Below, in pieces: positions 30,126 through 40,859 of a stretch of 64,000 nt of DNA; the first letter of the stretch is position 1, and the number at the start of each line of letters is the position of its first letter. Position numbers and translations under genes: made by a program. The notes beneath the pieces were generated by a model. It was not told the origin of the DNA, did not search any database, and worked only from the letters and a program-made list of their open reading frames with translations. Origin of the DNA: a virus. The stretch spans positions 28,169-92,168 of IMG/VR virus record IMGVR_UViG_3300027972_000001; one strand, written 5' to 3'.

Positions 30126-32519
30126 TTATTTATTAGAAAAATAAGAATCTTTAAAATAATTTTCAACACTTTCTAATGAATCAAATATACTAGGAACTCC
30201 TTGTGGAATACCAGCAACATCTGTCTGATATAATAACAATCCACCTTTAGGATTACTAGTTAATTTAAAATTATATCTATTTCCATCTGCCCAAGGAACG
30301 TTAGTAAAATATTGTTCTCCTATATCATTAAAAGAAACATTTGGATTAAATTCTCTAGCTCTAGCTAATGTATTTTCAATTTCTTCAAAATAATGACGAT
30401 ACATATTATTTGCTACAGTCTGTTGTACCCAATCATTAGCCTCTCCAGTAGCGACATTACTATTAGCAACATTTGCTAAAAAATTCATAAATTCAAATCT
30501 AATTCCAACATTAGGTTCAATAATATATGTATCTTGCTCTAATGGAGTAACTTCTTTATTTTTAGGTGTAATACGTAAAAAGAAATTTGTTCCATTATGT
30601 TGTCCTTTAGGAACTTCTAAATTAAAATTATATAATGCTGGATTTCCATCTTGTAAATCTTGAGATATTACTTGTCCTAAATTTTCTCTACCATCTTTAT
30701 ACTTTGTTGCTTGATTTTTAATACTAAATTCACTAGCATTAGTTTGTGCGAAATTATTTAAACTTTCAATAAGTTTAGAAGGTTTTCCATCACTGTCAGT
30801 TAAAATAGCAGTTTCATATGAAACCTTTACACCTTTTTCTTGTATTGCTTTAGTAAGAGCATAATTGAAAGATTTTCTTGTTCTAGCCATATCAGAATCA
30901 GTATATACACTTAAATCTTTATCTGATTTATATTGACGTACAAGAAACCCAACATCTTGTGTTTCTTTTTCATTAGGTTCAAAAAGATATTTTGGTAAAG
31001 TAGAATTAACATCTTCAGTTTGTCCACTAATATACTTAATAATATAATCTTTATTTTTTATAATTAAATCTCTATCGATTTTATTTCTAGCATTTTTAGT
31101 AAATTCTTTAAATAATTCGTCTGCATATACACCACCTTCTACAGATTTTAAATAAGAACTTCTTAATATTCTTTCCTGATTTCTAATATTTTTTATTTCA
31201 TAGTCCAATTGATTATATCTAGTATAATCTTCATTTTTTCTAGTAATTGGATCAACATTTATTGAAGATCGTTCTTCAATTAATTTTCCCAATAGATCTT
31301 GTGTTTCAGTAGCATTATAGTCATTTAATTTGACATTTGTTGTAAGTCCAGGATTAACATAATAAAAATCTTGATCATCTCTCAATTTATCAGCTCTTGC
31401 CATGTTATAGAAAAACATTTCATCTTTAATTACTTTATGATCTATTTCATTATATCCAAATTGTCTACCAAAATTAACTATTTTATCAGTATCTAAATCA
31501 GTAAGTACTTTTTTATACATTTGTTGTACTGCTTCTCTATCACTTAATCCTTGTTCACGTAAATTACCATATAATCCAGTTTCCTTTAAATTAGGTGACA
31601 TAGCTTTAACAACCATACTAGTAATAATACCATTTATTCCAGGAAGATGAACTTTATTGCTCCAAGTATTCCATTTATCATCAACATCAATACCTAATGC
31701 TCTAAAATCAGAAGGAGTTAAATCTTTTTGTATAAAGTCACCATACTCATCTTGTAAATAATTACCTTTTTCATCACGTTCAGTTACAGCATTGAATATT
31801 TCACTGTCATTAATATAATCATAATATTGTTTAACTTCTGGGGTACTATTAATCCATGCTTTAACAGCTTCTCCTAATTTATTAGGATCTTTACCTTTAT
31901 TTGTATATAAATCTACATACCCTCTAAGATTACCATTAGATTTGTATATTTCCATTATATCAGTGCCAGGCATTGCCAAAGTATCAGCATGTTGATTAAG
32001 TAATGTAACAATTTCTAATACTTTCTTTTCAGTATCTACTTTAGGTGGTGGTACAGGTGCTGCCCATCTATTTATTGCTTGACCATTTTCATCAAGTTCA
32101 ATAGCTTTAGTATTATATCTTTTAGTATTAGTATAAAAAGCATCTAAAGCTTTTTTATCAATCTTACCTTCTTCAAATTGTTTTTGAACATCTTGTTTAG
32201 TCGCTTGTTCTTTAGCATAATCTTCCATTGAAGCATTTAATGCTTTATCATTAGTTAATCTATCTTTAGCATTATATAAAATATTACTAGCATAATGCCA
32301 TTTACCATTAACTTCATTAAGCATATTTTCAACATCAGTAGTTGCTTTAGCTAAATGTCCAATATTCCTATCTTCAACTTTAACATTAGCCATAGCTTGT
32401 CGCAATAAACTAGATTGTTCTCTATTTCTATAATATTTAGATTCAAGTAACTCACCAGTTCTTTCATAAGTTGAAATAGGAAGAGGCTTATAAGTAGATT
32501 GAAATTGAGCAAATTTCAT
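30126..32519 (-). CDS. putative cargo/ejection protein
   Basis: 797-aa helical protein between the TM cargo gene and the RNAP; N-terminal YKPLP-type start; crAss synteny. Confidence 0.6.
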   Translation of the reverse strand: MKFAQFQSTYKPLPISTYERTGELLESKYYRNREQSSLLRQAMANVKVEDRNIGHLAKATTDVENMLNEVNGKWHYASNILYNAKDRLTNDKALNASMEDYAKEQATKQDVQKQFEEGKIDKKALDAFYTNTKRYNTKAIELDENGQAINRWAAPVPPPKVDTEKKVLEIVTLLNQHADTLAMPGTDIMEIYKSNGNLRGYVDLYTNKGKDPNKLGEAVKAWINSTPEVKQYYDYINDSEIFNAVTERDEKGNYLQDEYGDFIQKDLTPSDFRALGIDVDDKWNTWSNKVHLPGINGIITSMVVKAMSPNLKETGLYGNLREQGLSDREAVQQMYKKVLTDLDTDKIVNFGRQFGYNEIDHKVIKDEMFFYNMARADKLRDDQDFYYVNPGLTTNVKLNDYNATETQDLLGKLIEERSSINVDPITRKNEDYTRYNQLDYEIKNIRNQERILRSSYLKSVEGGVYADELFKEFTKNARNKIDRDLIIKNKDYIIKYISGQTEDVNSTLPKYLFEPNEKETQDVGFLVRQYKSDKDLSVYTDSDMARTRKSFNYALTKAIQEKGVKVSYETAILTDSDGKPSKLIESLNNFAQTNASEFSIKNQATKYKDGRENLGQVISQDLQDGNPALYNFNLEVPKGQHNGTNFFLRITPKNKEVTPLEQDTYIIEPNVGIRFEFMNFLANVANSNVATGEANDWVQQTVANNMYRHYFEEIENTLARAREFNPNVSFNDIGEQYFTNVPWADGNRYNFKLTSNPKGGLLLYQTDVAGIPQGVPSIFDSLESVENYFKDSYFSNK

Positions 32520-32537
32520 AGTAATATATTTAATAAA

Positions 32538-34610
32538 TTAACGAGCAAATGAATATCTTCTTTTTCTTCTTACAATTTTACCACCACGTTTATATTCTTC
32601 TTTTAATCCAAAAGCATCAGTTCCAATACTATCTTTCCATCTAGCTTTTAAACTGTTCATCATATCTTTATCACGAAGAATAGTATTAAATTCACTTATA
32701 GCACCTTGAACATTTCCTAATTTAGCACTTTCAAGATCACCCATCTGTTCATTAGCACTAATTTTAGCATTAAGTTTCATTAATGATGTTTGATTAAGAG
32801 TATCATTATTAGCTGCATTATTCTGCATAATACCAATAGTATTTTGATTTCTTAATCCAGTTCTAATATTATTACGATTAGCATATACAGAACCTAATTG
32901 ATTAACTCTATTTCTATTTGCACTATTTTTTAATGCACTAGCAATAGCAGGATCAACACCTTGTAATCCAGATATAGAAGAAGTGTATCCTTGATTAATA
33001 CTACTTACCTGATCATTTACATCTACATTTTCATTTAGTAAATAATTCTTATTTAATGTAGGAGTATATGCAAGTGCATCATTAAGACTATTCTGTATTA
33101 AATTTCCTTGACGTTTAGTAGCACGATTACTCATTAAAAGATTACCTACTGTACCTGCTGCACCCATAATAGTATTCATATCTAACTCTTTTTCTTTAAG
33201 TTTACTAAAATCAAATTTAGTTTTACCTTTTTTAGCAAGAGCATGAACTTGTTTAGCAGATGAAGCATAAGGATTAGTCATTACTTCTCCTAGTTTACTA
33301 GTAGAATATTGTACTTGACCTAGTTTAGAAGTACTATATAATGGAGTACCAATAGTAAGAGGTTTCTTTTTAGGATGTAGTTCATTATATAGATTTATGC
33401 CATCAGGAACTCTTTTTCCTTTTCCAGCAACTTTATTATTCATAATAATTAAATTAGCTTGTTGATCTTCAATACTATTCTTATTATTCTTATTCTTTAA
33501 TTTCTCAAGTGCTAAATATCTTTGAGCAAATCCAAGACGTTTACTAAGAACAAATGGAGTTAATGGCATATTTTTATCATTAACTAGAACTTCACCAGGT
33601 TCACCAATAGCTAATGTCTTACCATTCTTTTTTAAAGGGATATTTTGTCCAGATTCATGTGTACCTGTAAATCCACCAGATTTGTTAGTAAGAATTTTAT
33701 CTCCTTGTCCTAAATTAATACCTTTACCAGCTATTTTGCCACCAAATTGTTTCATACCAGTAAGTTTATAATATTCTTTATTTGCTTTAAACTTCTGATT
33801 AGAATTAGATACTTCCATAGGAACAATTTCCCATATTTTTCCTTCTTCATTTGCTGTTCCTATTTTAAGAGGTTCGCCTTTTTTATTTACAGGTCTTGGT
33901 ATATATTTATAACGATTAGAATTTGCATCCATATATGCTCTTCTCATTTCTGTAGTTATTGGAGTAGTAGTATCTTTAATATATCCTGAAGCTATCATAT
34001 CAGCATTAACTTCTAATATTGCACGAGGACGTACAATATTATTTTTAACAATCATTTTAGTTGATTGTTTAGTCAATCTAGTAGGATTTTCTAATTGTCC
34101 ACCTTCTGGTCTATGTTTAGCCATTTTTCTAAATGTTTTAGCTAGATTATATCTTTTAGAACCTGGAGGACAAGAAGAACTTCCAAATTTACTTCCAGTA
34201 CAAACACCTTCTGTTCCTCTGCGTTTTATACTAGCAGTAGCCTTTTGTATCCAACCACCTTTCTTCATAAATAAACTATTTTGATTTGAAAGATCAAGAC
34301 CAGCTAAATAATTAGTATCATTAGCTCTAGTTTGTTTCTTTTGCATTTGTAATGCTCTAACACGTTCTTCTTCTTTAGCTTGAGCAATAAGAGCATCTTG
34401 CTCTTTCTGTGCTTTTATTTTTTTATTTTCTGCTTTATTTCCAGTTAAAGCACCAATTATTAATCCAGCACCACCTGCAATTTTACCAGCAACTGGTCCA
34501 AACATAGAACCAATACTAGAACCCATTTGATATCCAGTACTAGCACCAGTTAATGCACCACCCCAGTCTTTGCGAGGAAATTTACTATAATAACCAGCAG
34601 TATATCTCAT
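32538..34610 (-). CDS. putative cargo/ejection protein with Gly-rich TM segment
   Basis: Start moved to ATG 34610 (1 nt after muzzle stop); GSSIGSMFGPVAGKIAGGAGLIIGALTG hydrophobic segment, coiled coil, N/Q-rich C-terminus. Confidence 0.7.
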   Translation of the reverse strand: MRYTAGYYSKFPRKDWGGALTGASTGYQMGSSIGSMFGPVAGKIAGGAGLIIGALTGNKAENKKIKAQKEQDALIAQAKEEERVRALQMQKKQTRANDTNYLAGLDLSNQNSLFMKKGGWIQKATASIKRRGTEGVCTGSKFGSSSCPPGSKRYNLAKTFRKMAKHRPEGGQLENPTRLTKQSTKMIVKNNIVRPRAILEVNADMIASGYIKDTTTPITTEMRRAYMDANSNRYKYIPRPVNKKGEPLKIGTANEEGKIWEIVPMEVSNSNQKFKANKEYYKLTGMKQFGGKIAGKGINLGQGDKILTNKSGGFTGTHESGQNIPLKKNGKTLAIGEPGEVLVNDKNMPLTPFVLSKRLGFAQRYLALEKLKNKNNKNSIEDQQANLIIMNNKVAGKGKRVPDGINLYNELHPKKKPLTIGTPLYSTSKLGQVQYSTSKLGEVMTNPYASSAKQVHALAKKGKTKFDFSKLKEKELDMNTIMGAAGTVGNLLMSNRATKRQGNLIQNSLNDALAYTPTLNKNYLLNENVDVNDQVSSINQGYTSSISGLQGVDPAIASALKNSANRNRVNQLGSVYANRNNIRTGLRNQNTIGIMQNNAANNDTLNQTSLMKLNAKISANEQMGDLESAKLGNVQGAISEFNTILRDKDMMNSLKARWKDSIGTDAFGLKEEYKRGGKIVRRKRRYSFAR

Positions 34611-34611
34611 A

Positions 34612-37600
34612 TCATAAAATATTTTTGGCTTCAATACCAATATTAGAAATACGAATCTTTTTATTACTAGAACTATTAGTATATATTAATCTCATTACTA
34701 TAAATTTAGTAATAAATTTTGACTTTTCATAATAAAGTTTAGATAAATTTAATGCAGAACTTAATAAATTATAATTAGCATCTAGAAAAACACTATTTGG
34801 AGTACTTAAATAATCTTTAATATCGTCAAATACCCATTCGCCATCTTTAAACATTGCATTACCAGTATCTTCCATGACATATGTACCGCCATTATAACTA
34901 TAACTTCTTTTAGCAATAGTTATTTCTTCAGTACATAAATTTTTAGAATATATAAGTAATTTACTAATAGTTTCATTCCAATAATTAATTTCTCCAGATT
35001 CTATATTACTAACCCATTTAACATGTCTAAGAAGGAATCTTTCAGCTGTATTACTATTAAAAATAAAATCTGTACTACTTGGAAAATATACACCTTCATA
35101 TAGTCCATAATTACTAGATAACATTTTATATATAATACCATTATTAAAACAATATAGACCATTACTATTCCATGTATATTTATCAGGAATATAATCATGA
35201 AAAGCAATCCAATTCATTTTTTCAAATTGGAAACTTAAAGTAAAATCATTAATTGTTAATATTCCACCCGTAATTGCACCAGTAGTTGAAGCAGTTGTAG
35301 TGTATGTAAAAGTTTTATCTCCAGTTACAGTAATAGAAAATACGCCATTACATACTGTAACATCCCAATTTAACATTCTTATAAAATTACCACTACTAAG
35401 TCCATGATTACTAACAGTAGTAACAGTTACTGTAATACCACCAGTTCCACTTCTAATAGCTGATGTTACTGCAATAGGAGAATTTCTTAAAGTAATAAGT
35501 AATCTTTTATAAATATCATCATATCCTAAAGCAACTCCACTTCCAATGCCTTCTTTAGTAGCACTAAAGGACATAACACTCTTAATTCTATTTCTAAACC
35601 AATCTTCAATACCAAGTTTAGTAATTTCATTAGCTTTATCAGATATAACATAAATACTACCTTTATCTAGATCAACTGTTACTAAACCATATGGAGTAAG
35701 AATAGTACCTTCCTTATTCCAAGGTCTAATATAAGCACCATCTGCATCTAGTAATTCTTCTAATGGTCTATCAAATATTTCTGAACTTTTAAGTGCAACA
35801 TCTATATTTCCAGTAACAAGTTTATCAACAATAATACCTCTAAAAATACTATATTGTGTTTGAATATAAACTATATTTTCATTACCAATAGCTTTATATA
35901 TTGCACCTTTATTATTAACCATATCAAAATAATCAAGTATTTTGAATTTTTTCCAATATACAGAACTAGCTTCAAGAGGTTGAGGCATAGAACTTTGAAT
36001 TCTATTTGGATAACTAACTATTAAACTAGTAAGTTCATTATCTATACTATCTTGTCTAAAAGTATTTAATAAATGATAATCATTATTATAAAAATAATAG
36101 TTAGCAACACCAGCTGCAATCATAGCAGTAACATATGCTTGTATTGGAATTATATCATCATTAAACTCAGTAATATCTGTTAAAGGATAAAACTTTTCAT
36201 AATCATTATATCCTTCATATCTCATACCACTATTGAGAACACTTTCAACTGGAAAATACCATATTTTAGGAACAGTATCAGCATTTGGAAAAGTAAGTAC
36301 AGAATTATGTCCAATAAATGTATCACCCCCATATAAAGAAAATGCACTAGTGTTCACTAATGGTTTAACAATTCCAGTACTTACAAGTTCTTGATTAGTA
36401 AAATCTAAATATAAATTACTTTTAATACTTATAAGATTAACTAATCTTAAATTAAAACTACCACTAGTAGTTTCAAAATAATAACAATTTTCTCTATTTG
36501 TATTTACAGGTACACTAGCACTATTATATGGTGGAAGATATTTTATTTTAGTTATAGCACTGTATGCAGCAGTTTGACCAGTATAATTAGTAATTTCATT
36601 TATATATGCACCAATACTATAATCAGCAGTTTCTAATTTTAATTCAGCTTTAACATGAGTAGGTTCAATATTAAGAAGATTACACATACTATCAAAACCA
36701 TAAAATCTATATCCTACTCCATCTGCAATTGCAATACTTTGATCTAACATTAGTTGATTAATCAAAGTACGTTTAGCATAGAATATTTCCCAACCATCAA
36801 TAACAGCTTCAAGAGATGCAGCAGTAGCTGCATGACTAGCTTGTACAGTAGTCCAATCTAAAGCTATGCGAAGTCCTAATGTTTCTTGTCCTTGTGTTGC
36901 TTCATAAACACCCATAGTTGTAGCATCTGTATAACCAGGAGTTCCAGCAGGAGCATGAGTACTTAATTGATTTATTTCAATTTGAAATGTAATATAATCA
37001 CCAACATTAAGTTCAATATCTTCAGAATGTGTAAATGTTAATGTTTCATCTAATAAAACAGTAGTTTTAGTTTCAGGTCCATGAAGAATACTAGATGTAT
37101 AACCAGTAAGTGTTTTAGTATATTTTACAATAGTTAAGGTTGCAGTTGCTCCAGCAGCAACAGTATCAATCAATCTAATACCTAAACTAAAATCAAGGTC
37201 TAATACTTGAGTATATGTAGCAGTATATGTATTTACATATGTAGTAGGAGATGCAGCCTGAACATATGTACCCATTGTCGGTGTAGCATTAAGAGGAAGA
37301 ATAACAAATAATTGATCTGTAATTCCTATTTCATATTCATTTATACCACTAAATCCTAATGTTTGTACAAGACTTCCTTTTTTAGTAGTATTTAAAATAT
37401 GTGTTTTCCATGTATTTATTTGTCCAGCACTAGGAAATCTATGATGTCTAACATTTTTTCCAGATAATGCAGTACCATATTCAGCAGAATATGTTTCATC
37501 TGTATTCTGCCAAAATCCCATTGGACCATAATAATCACTAGTTTTAGTAGCACTACTTGTTAATTTATAATTAAGTATAGATACACCATCAATAGTAGTA

Positions 37601-38799
37601 ACATCAGTAAGTTCAGTACCTGTAGCTACTCTACCAGGAATATGATATATACCATAATATCCGCCAGTTTTTAATTTAAGTCCTATATATAATGCATATA
37701 CCTCATCACTTCTAAATCCTCGTTTATCAAATATAAATATGCTGTCTTTATAACTATTTTTAGTTTGATTTAATGATACAGATGTATCATCAACCCAATT
37801 AACAGTAATTGCTGGAATTACTTCATCATATATAGTAGCAAGTGATAATTTTTCTGGTTTAGTAAGTCCAAATAATCTTAATCTTTTATTAGATTGAGTG
37901 ATACTTGTAACAGTTTTAAAAGCAGGACTAGATGTAATAACTTCTGCAAGATTAAAAGGAATTAATTTATTTAAATCATCAATAAATACTGCAACAGAAG
38001 TTGATGATCTCTTTATTCTTTTTGTAATATAACATTGTGTTCCAGATTCAGTTTTCTGAATAACTACTAATTTGAAATAAGAATAACTAGTATCTGGAGT
38101 AACAACATTAACAATAAATCCTTTATTAGTAATTATAAGACTACCATTACCTTTAAATTGTTTATATGCTGTTAATGCATCATCATCAGTTATGAATATA
38201 GGATTAGATATTCCACCAAAATTAGTATCTACATCTGGTTCTAATTCATATGTAACACTAACAAAATATGCAGCAGCAGGAAGTCTACCACCAGTAACTA
38301 TAGATGTACTGGAAAGACTAAATGTATTATGATCAAATTCAGAAAAAAGATAATAATTTTTTAATTGTACTTCAGCAGTTATTGTAATTGGAGTAGCAAT
38401 TGCTTCAGTAACATTCATTATCATTGGTTTCAAAACACCAAATGTCCAAGCAATTATTAAATCTCCTTCTGAATTATAACAATGTACTCCCTCAACATAT
38501 ATTCCACTAGCAGCAAGATTTATATATGTAGTAGTACTAGTTAAAAAAGTACTAACTGCTCCAGTGGAATCTATTGATCTAAAATAAACATCTGTACCAT
38601 TTAAAATAAATATAATTATAGTATTAGGCGTAGTAATTCTACCAATAATAGAACCGGTAATAGTTGCAAATGTAGTTTCACCAGGTTCATTTTCAACTTC
38701 ATCAAAACCTCTACTTAATAACACATTTCTAGCATGTGCCCAAGTGTAAGGAGCAGAATCAGCAAATTTACCGTCTAATCTTAAACCTTTAAGTTGCAT
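34612..38799 (-). CDS. tail stabilization/muzzle protein (P22 gp10-like, crAss Tstab)
   Basis: KGLRLD..ARNV start, RGFRSDEVYALYI, VRHHRFP, GGDTFI, NKGAI, LGYDDIYKRLLIT, WIAFHDYIP. Confidence 0.85.
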   Translation of the reverse strand: MQLKGLRLDGKFADSAPYTWAHARNVLLSRGFDEVENEPGETTFATITGSIIGRITTPNTIIIFILNGTDVYFRSIDSTGAVSTFLTSTTTYINLAASGIYVEGVHCYNSEGDLIIAWTFGVLKPMIMNVTEAIATPITITAEVQLKNYYLFSEFDHNTFSLSSTSIVTGGRLPAAAYFVSVTYELEPDVDTNFGGISNPIFITDDDALTAYKQFKGNGSLIITNKGFIVNVVTPDTSYSYFKLVVIQKTESGTQCYITKRIKRSSTSVAVFIDDLNKLIPFNLAEVITSSPAFKTVTSITQSNKRLRLFGLTKPEKLSLATIYDEVIPAITVNWVDDTSVSLNQTKNSYKDSIFIFDKRGFRSDEVYALYIGLKLKTGGYYGIYHIPGRVATGTELTDVTTIDGVSILNYKLTSSATKTSDYYGPMGFWQNTDETYSAEYGTALSGKNVRHHRFPSAGQINTWKTHILNTTKKGSLVQTLGFSGINEYEIGITDQLFVILPLNATPTMGTYVQAASPTTYVNTYTATYTQVLDLDFSLGIRLIDTVAAGATATLTIVKYTKTLTGYTSSILHGPETKTTVLLDETLTFTHSEDIELNVGDYITFQIEINQLSTHAPAGTPGYTDATTMGVYEATQGQETLGLRIALDWTTVQASHAATAASLEAVIDGWEIFYAKRTLINQLMLDQSIAIADGVGYRFYGFDSMCNLLNIEPTHVKAELKLETADYSIGAYINEITNYTGQTAAYSAITKIKYLPPYNSASVPVNTNRENCYYFETTSGSFNLRLVNLISIKSNLYLDFTNQELVSTGIVKPLVNTSAFSLYGGDTFIGHNSVLTFPNADTVPKIWYFPVESVLNSGMRYEGYNDYEKFYPLTDITEFNDDIIPIQAYVTAMIAAGVANYYFYNNDYHLLNTFRQDSIDNELTSLIVSYPNRIQSSMPQPLEASSVYWKKFKILDYFDMVNNKGAIYKAIGNENIVYIQTQYSIFRGIIVDKLVTGNIDVALKSSEIFDRPLEELLDADGAYIRPWNKEGTILTPYGLVTVDLDKGSIYVISDKANEITKLGIEDWFRNRIKSVMSFSATKEGIGSGVALGYDDIYKRLLITLRNSPIAVTSAIRSGTGGITVTVTTVSNHGLSSGNFIRMLNWDVTVCNGVFSITVTGDKTFTYTTTASTTGAITGGILTINDFTLSFQFEKMNWIAFHDYIPDKYTWNSNGLYCFNNGIIYKMLSSNYGLYEGVYFPSSTDFIFNSNTAERFLLRHVKWVSNIESGEINYWNETISKLLIYSKNLCTEEITIAKRSYSYNGGTYVMEDTGNAMFKDGEWVFDDIKDYLSTPNSVFLDANYNLLSSALNLSKLYYEKSKFITKFIVMRLIYTNSSSNKKIRISNIGIEAKNIL

Positions 38800-38802
38800 A
38801 TT

Positions 38803-39279
38803 TTATTCAATAATAGGAAATAATAAACTCATTTGTTCAACATTAACTTGAGCAGGAATTAAAGATTTTGGAAGTTTACTTATATTAACTTTGCAAGGTT
38901 GATTAAGAAATTCTTTAAATTCTTTTTCAATTTTATCATATTTATCAACTTCTTCTTTAAATTCAAGTTTAAGTTTAGAAATCTCAATATTATATGCTTT
39001 TATATCTCTAATAATAAGTTGATCATTTATTAATTGAAGTGAACCATCTTCTTTTTGAATAGTATATTTAAGATCTATTTCTTTATGCCTTTCAAGATAT
39101 TCTTTGTACTTATCTGATATTTCTTTTCTACCTTTATCAATTATTTTAAGTTCATTATCAACTTCACTACTGATTCTAGCCATTGTCATGGTAAAATTAA
39201 TATCTGCAACATTTACTAAATTTGCACATTTTTTAATACCTTCTCTAATTTTATAGAGATCATTATTTGTTATATTCAT
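38803..39279 (-). CDS. hypothetical protein (tail-fibre cluster)
   Basis: 158-aa charged helical ORF. Confidence 0.7.
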   Translation of the reverse strand: MNITNNDLYKIREGIKKCANLVNVADINFTMTMARISSEVDNELKIIDKGRKEISDKYKEYLERHKEIDLKYTIQKEDGSLQLINDQLIIRDIKAYNIEISKLKLEFKEEVDKYDKIEKEFKEFLNQPCKVNISKLPKSLIPAQVNVEQMSLLFPIIE

Positions 39280-39313
39280 ACTATTAAATTTAGTTTATAG
39301 ATATAATAATTAA

Positions 39314-39559
39314 TTATTTTTCATTATTAATAATATCATTAATTGCATTAATTTGATTATCAAGTTCTTTAAGTCTTTCTAATAATCTAGTTTTTTCAGT
39401 TGTAAGACTAACTAAAGTATATATACCAATACTTCTAGGAATTTGTACATCTGTTTCATTTATATCTTTAACAGTATCAATTGTAAACAATTGAAATTGT
39501 TTATCTTCAGTTTTTATTTCAAAAACTGGTACATTTGTTTGTTTTACTATATATTCCAT
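39314..39559 (-). CDS. hypothetical protein with C-terminal coiled coil
   Basis: 81-aa ORF. Confidence 0.65.
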   Translation of the reverse strand: MEYIVKQTNVPVFEIKTEDKQFQLFTIDTVKDINETDVQIPRSIGIYTLVSLTTEKTRLLERLKELDNQINAINDIINNEK

Positions 39560-39571
39560 AATAAAAAATAA

Positions 39572-39733
39572 TTAAGTTATTTGTGTTTCATTTTCTGTTT
39601 CACCAGTACTAGCACTACCAGATGTTCCATTTACTTGTTTTACTAATTCTTTATTTCTTTTAACAGCAAGATACCACTTTATAGTAGTGAAACAAGCTAT
39701 TATACCCATTACAAAAATAATCACTTTTTCCAT
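39572..39733 (-). CDS. small membrane protein (53 aa, not in ORF track)
   Basis: MEKVIIFVMGIIACFTTIKWYLAVKRNKE...QIT*; fills the gap, A-rich upstream. Confidence 0.65.
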   Translation of the reverse strand: MEKVIIFVMGIIACFTTIKWYLAVKRNKELVKQVNGTSGSASTGETENETQIT

Positions 39734-39752
39734 TTTTTTTAGTATTATATTA

Positions 39753-40850
39753 TTAAGCGTGTTCTAGAACAGTTACAAGAAATCTATAACCGTATGTATA
39801 ATCTAATGCACCTGCATCAAAAGTACGGATAGTCTCTGTTAAATCAAATACTAACCAAAATCCTGAAGTATAAGCTCCATAAGGTGGTACATCAGGAGAC
39901 ATAGCATGATCTGTATTGTCATATATATTTCCTTCTGATACTACATTATCTAACCAATCCAAAACCTGAACATGTATACATATACCATCAATACCAGTAG
40001 AACTGTCTTTTAAATCACCAAAGGTTATTGTACCTGCAGCTACATTAAAGGATATACCAGAAAATATAACATTACCAACTGTTTTAGGATCAGTTGAACC
40101 ATCCCAAAGAGTACCATCAAGATATAATGTACTTTGTTGTTTAACTTTAATATCAATATCAGCTAATGTAGTATTTGGTATTATACATAAAACATTAACT
40201 TCTAAATCCATAGGATCTGTTTCAGTATAATCAGATGTAATATAAGCACCTATATAATAATCAGTATGATCTATTGTAATATCAAGAAGACTTTCTAATT
40301 CAACATAAGCATTGTGCCCAAAAGTATTTAACTGATAATTTGCAAATCCTCTTACTGTAGTCTTATCACTATCTAATAAAACAAATAATAAACCATAATT
40401 AGAATCTGTACTAGGATAGTTAAAATCTCCTAAATAAACATATGCTGAAATAGTAACTTTACTACCTGCATTAACCCAATATTCAGCATCTGGAGCAGTC
40501 TGCCAACCAGGTGTAGAAAAAGTAACATGATCATAACCAGCAAAATCACCAAGTTTACACACAGTTGGTTTAGTATTAACTAATACCGCAGTTTGAAATG
40601 GATATGCTCCTACACTATATGATCTAATATAAGGATTAAATTGACTCCATTGATTAACTAAATCACTTCTACACAAATTATATAAAGAATAAGTACTTTC
40701 ACCTAAACAACTTTTAACAGCACTTAAACTAATATTAGTACAATCAATATAACCAGTTTCTTCACTAATATTACCAGCAGAAGGTATATCTGCTTTACCT
40801 TTTAAAATAGTTGGTGTAAATGTTCTATATGTTGATAATTGTTTACCCAT
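39753..40850 (-). CDS. tail-fibre-associated structural protein
   Basis: VKSCLG.S..L.NLC.S..VNQWS..NP and KLGDFAGYDH motifs resemble proteins following fibres in Bacteroidota phages; beta-rich. Confidence 0.55.
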   Translation of the reverse strand: MGKQLSTYRTFTPTILKGKADIPSAGNISEETGYIDCTNISLSAVKSCLGESTYSLYNLCRSDLVNQWSQFNPYIRSYSVGAYPFQTAVLVNTKPTVCKLGDFAGYDHVTFSTPGWQTAPDAEYWVNAGSKVTISAYVYLGDFNYPSTDSNYGLLFVLLDSDKTTVRGFANYQLNTFGHNAYVELESLLDITIDHTDYYIGAYITSDYTETDPMDLEVNVLCIIPNTTLADIDIKVKQQSTLYLDGTLWDGSTDPKTVGNVIFSGISFNVAAGTITFGDLKDSSTGIDGICIHVQVLDWLDNVVSEGNIYDNTDHAMSPDVPPYGAYTSGFWLVFDLTETIRTFDAGALDYTYGYRFLVTVLEHA

Positions 40851-40859
40851 GTTATATTG

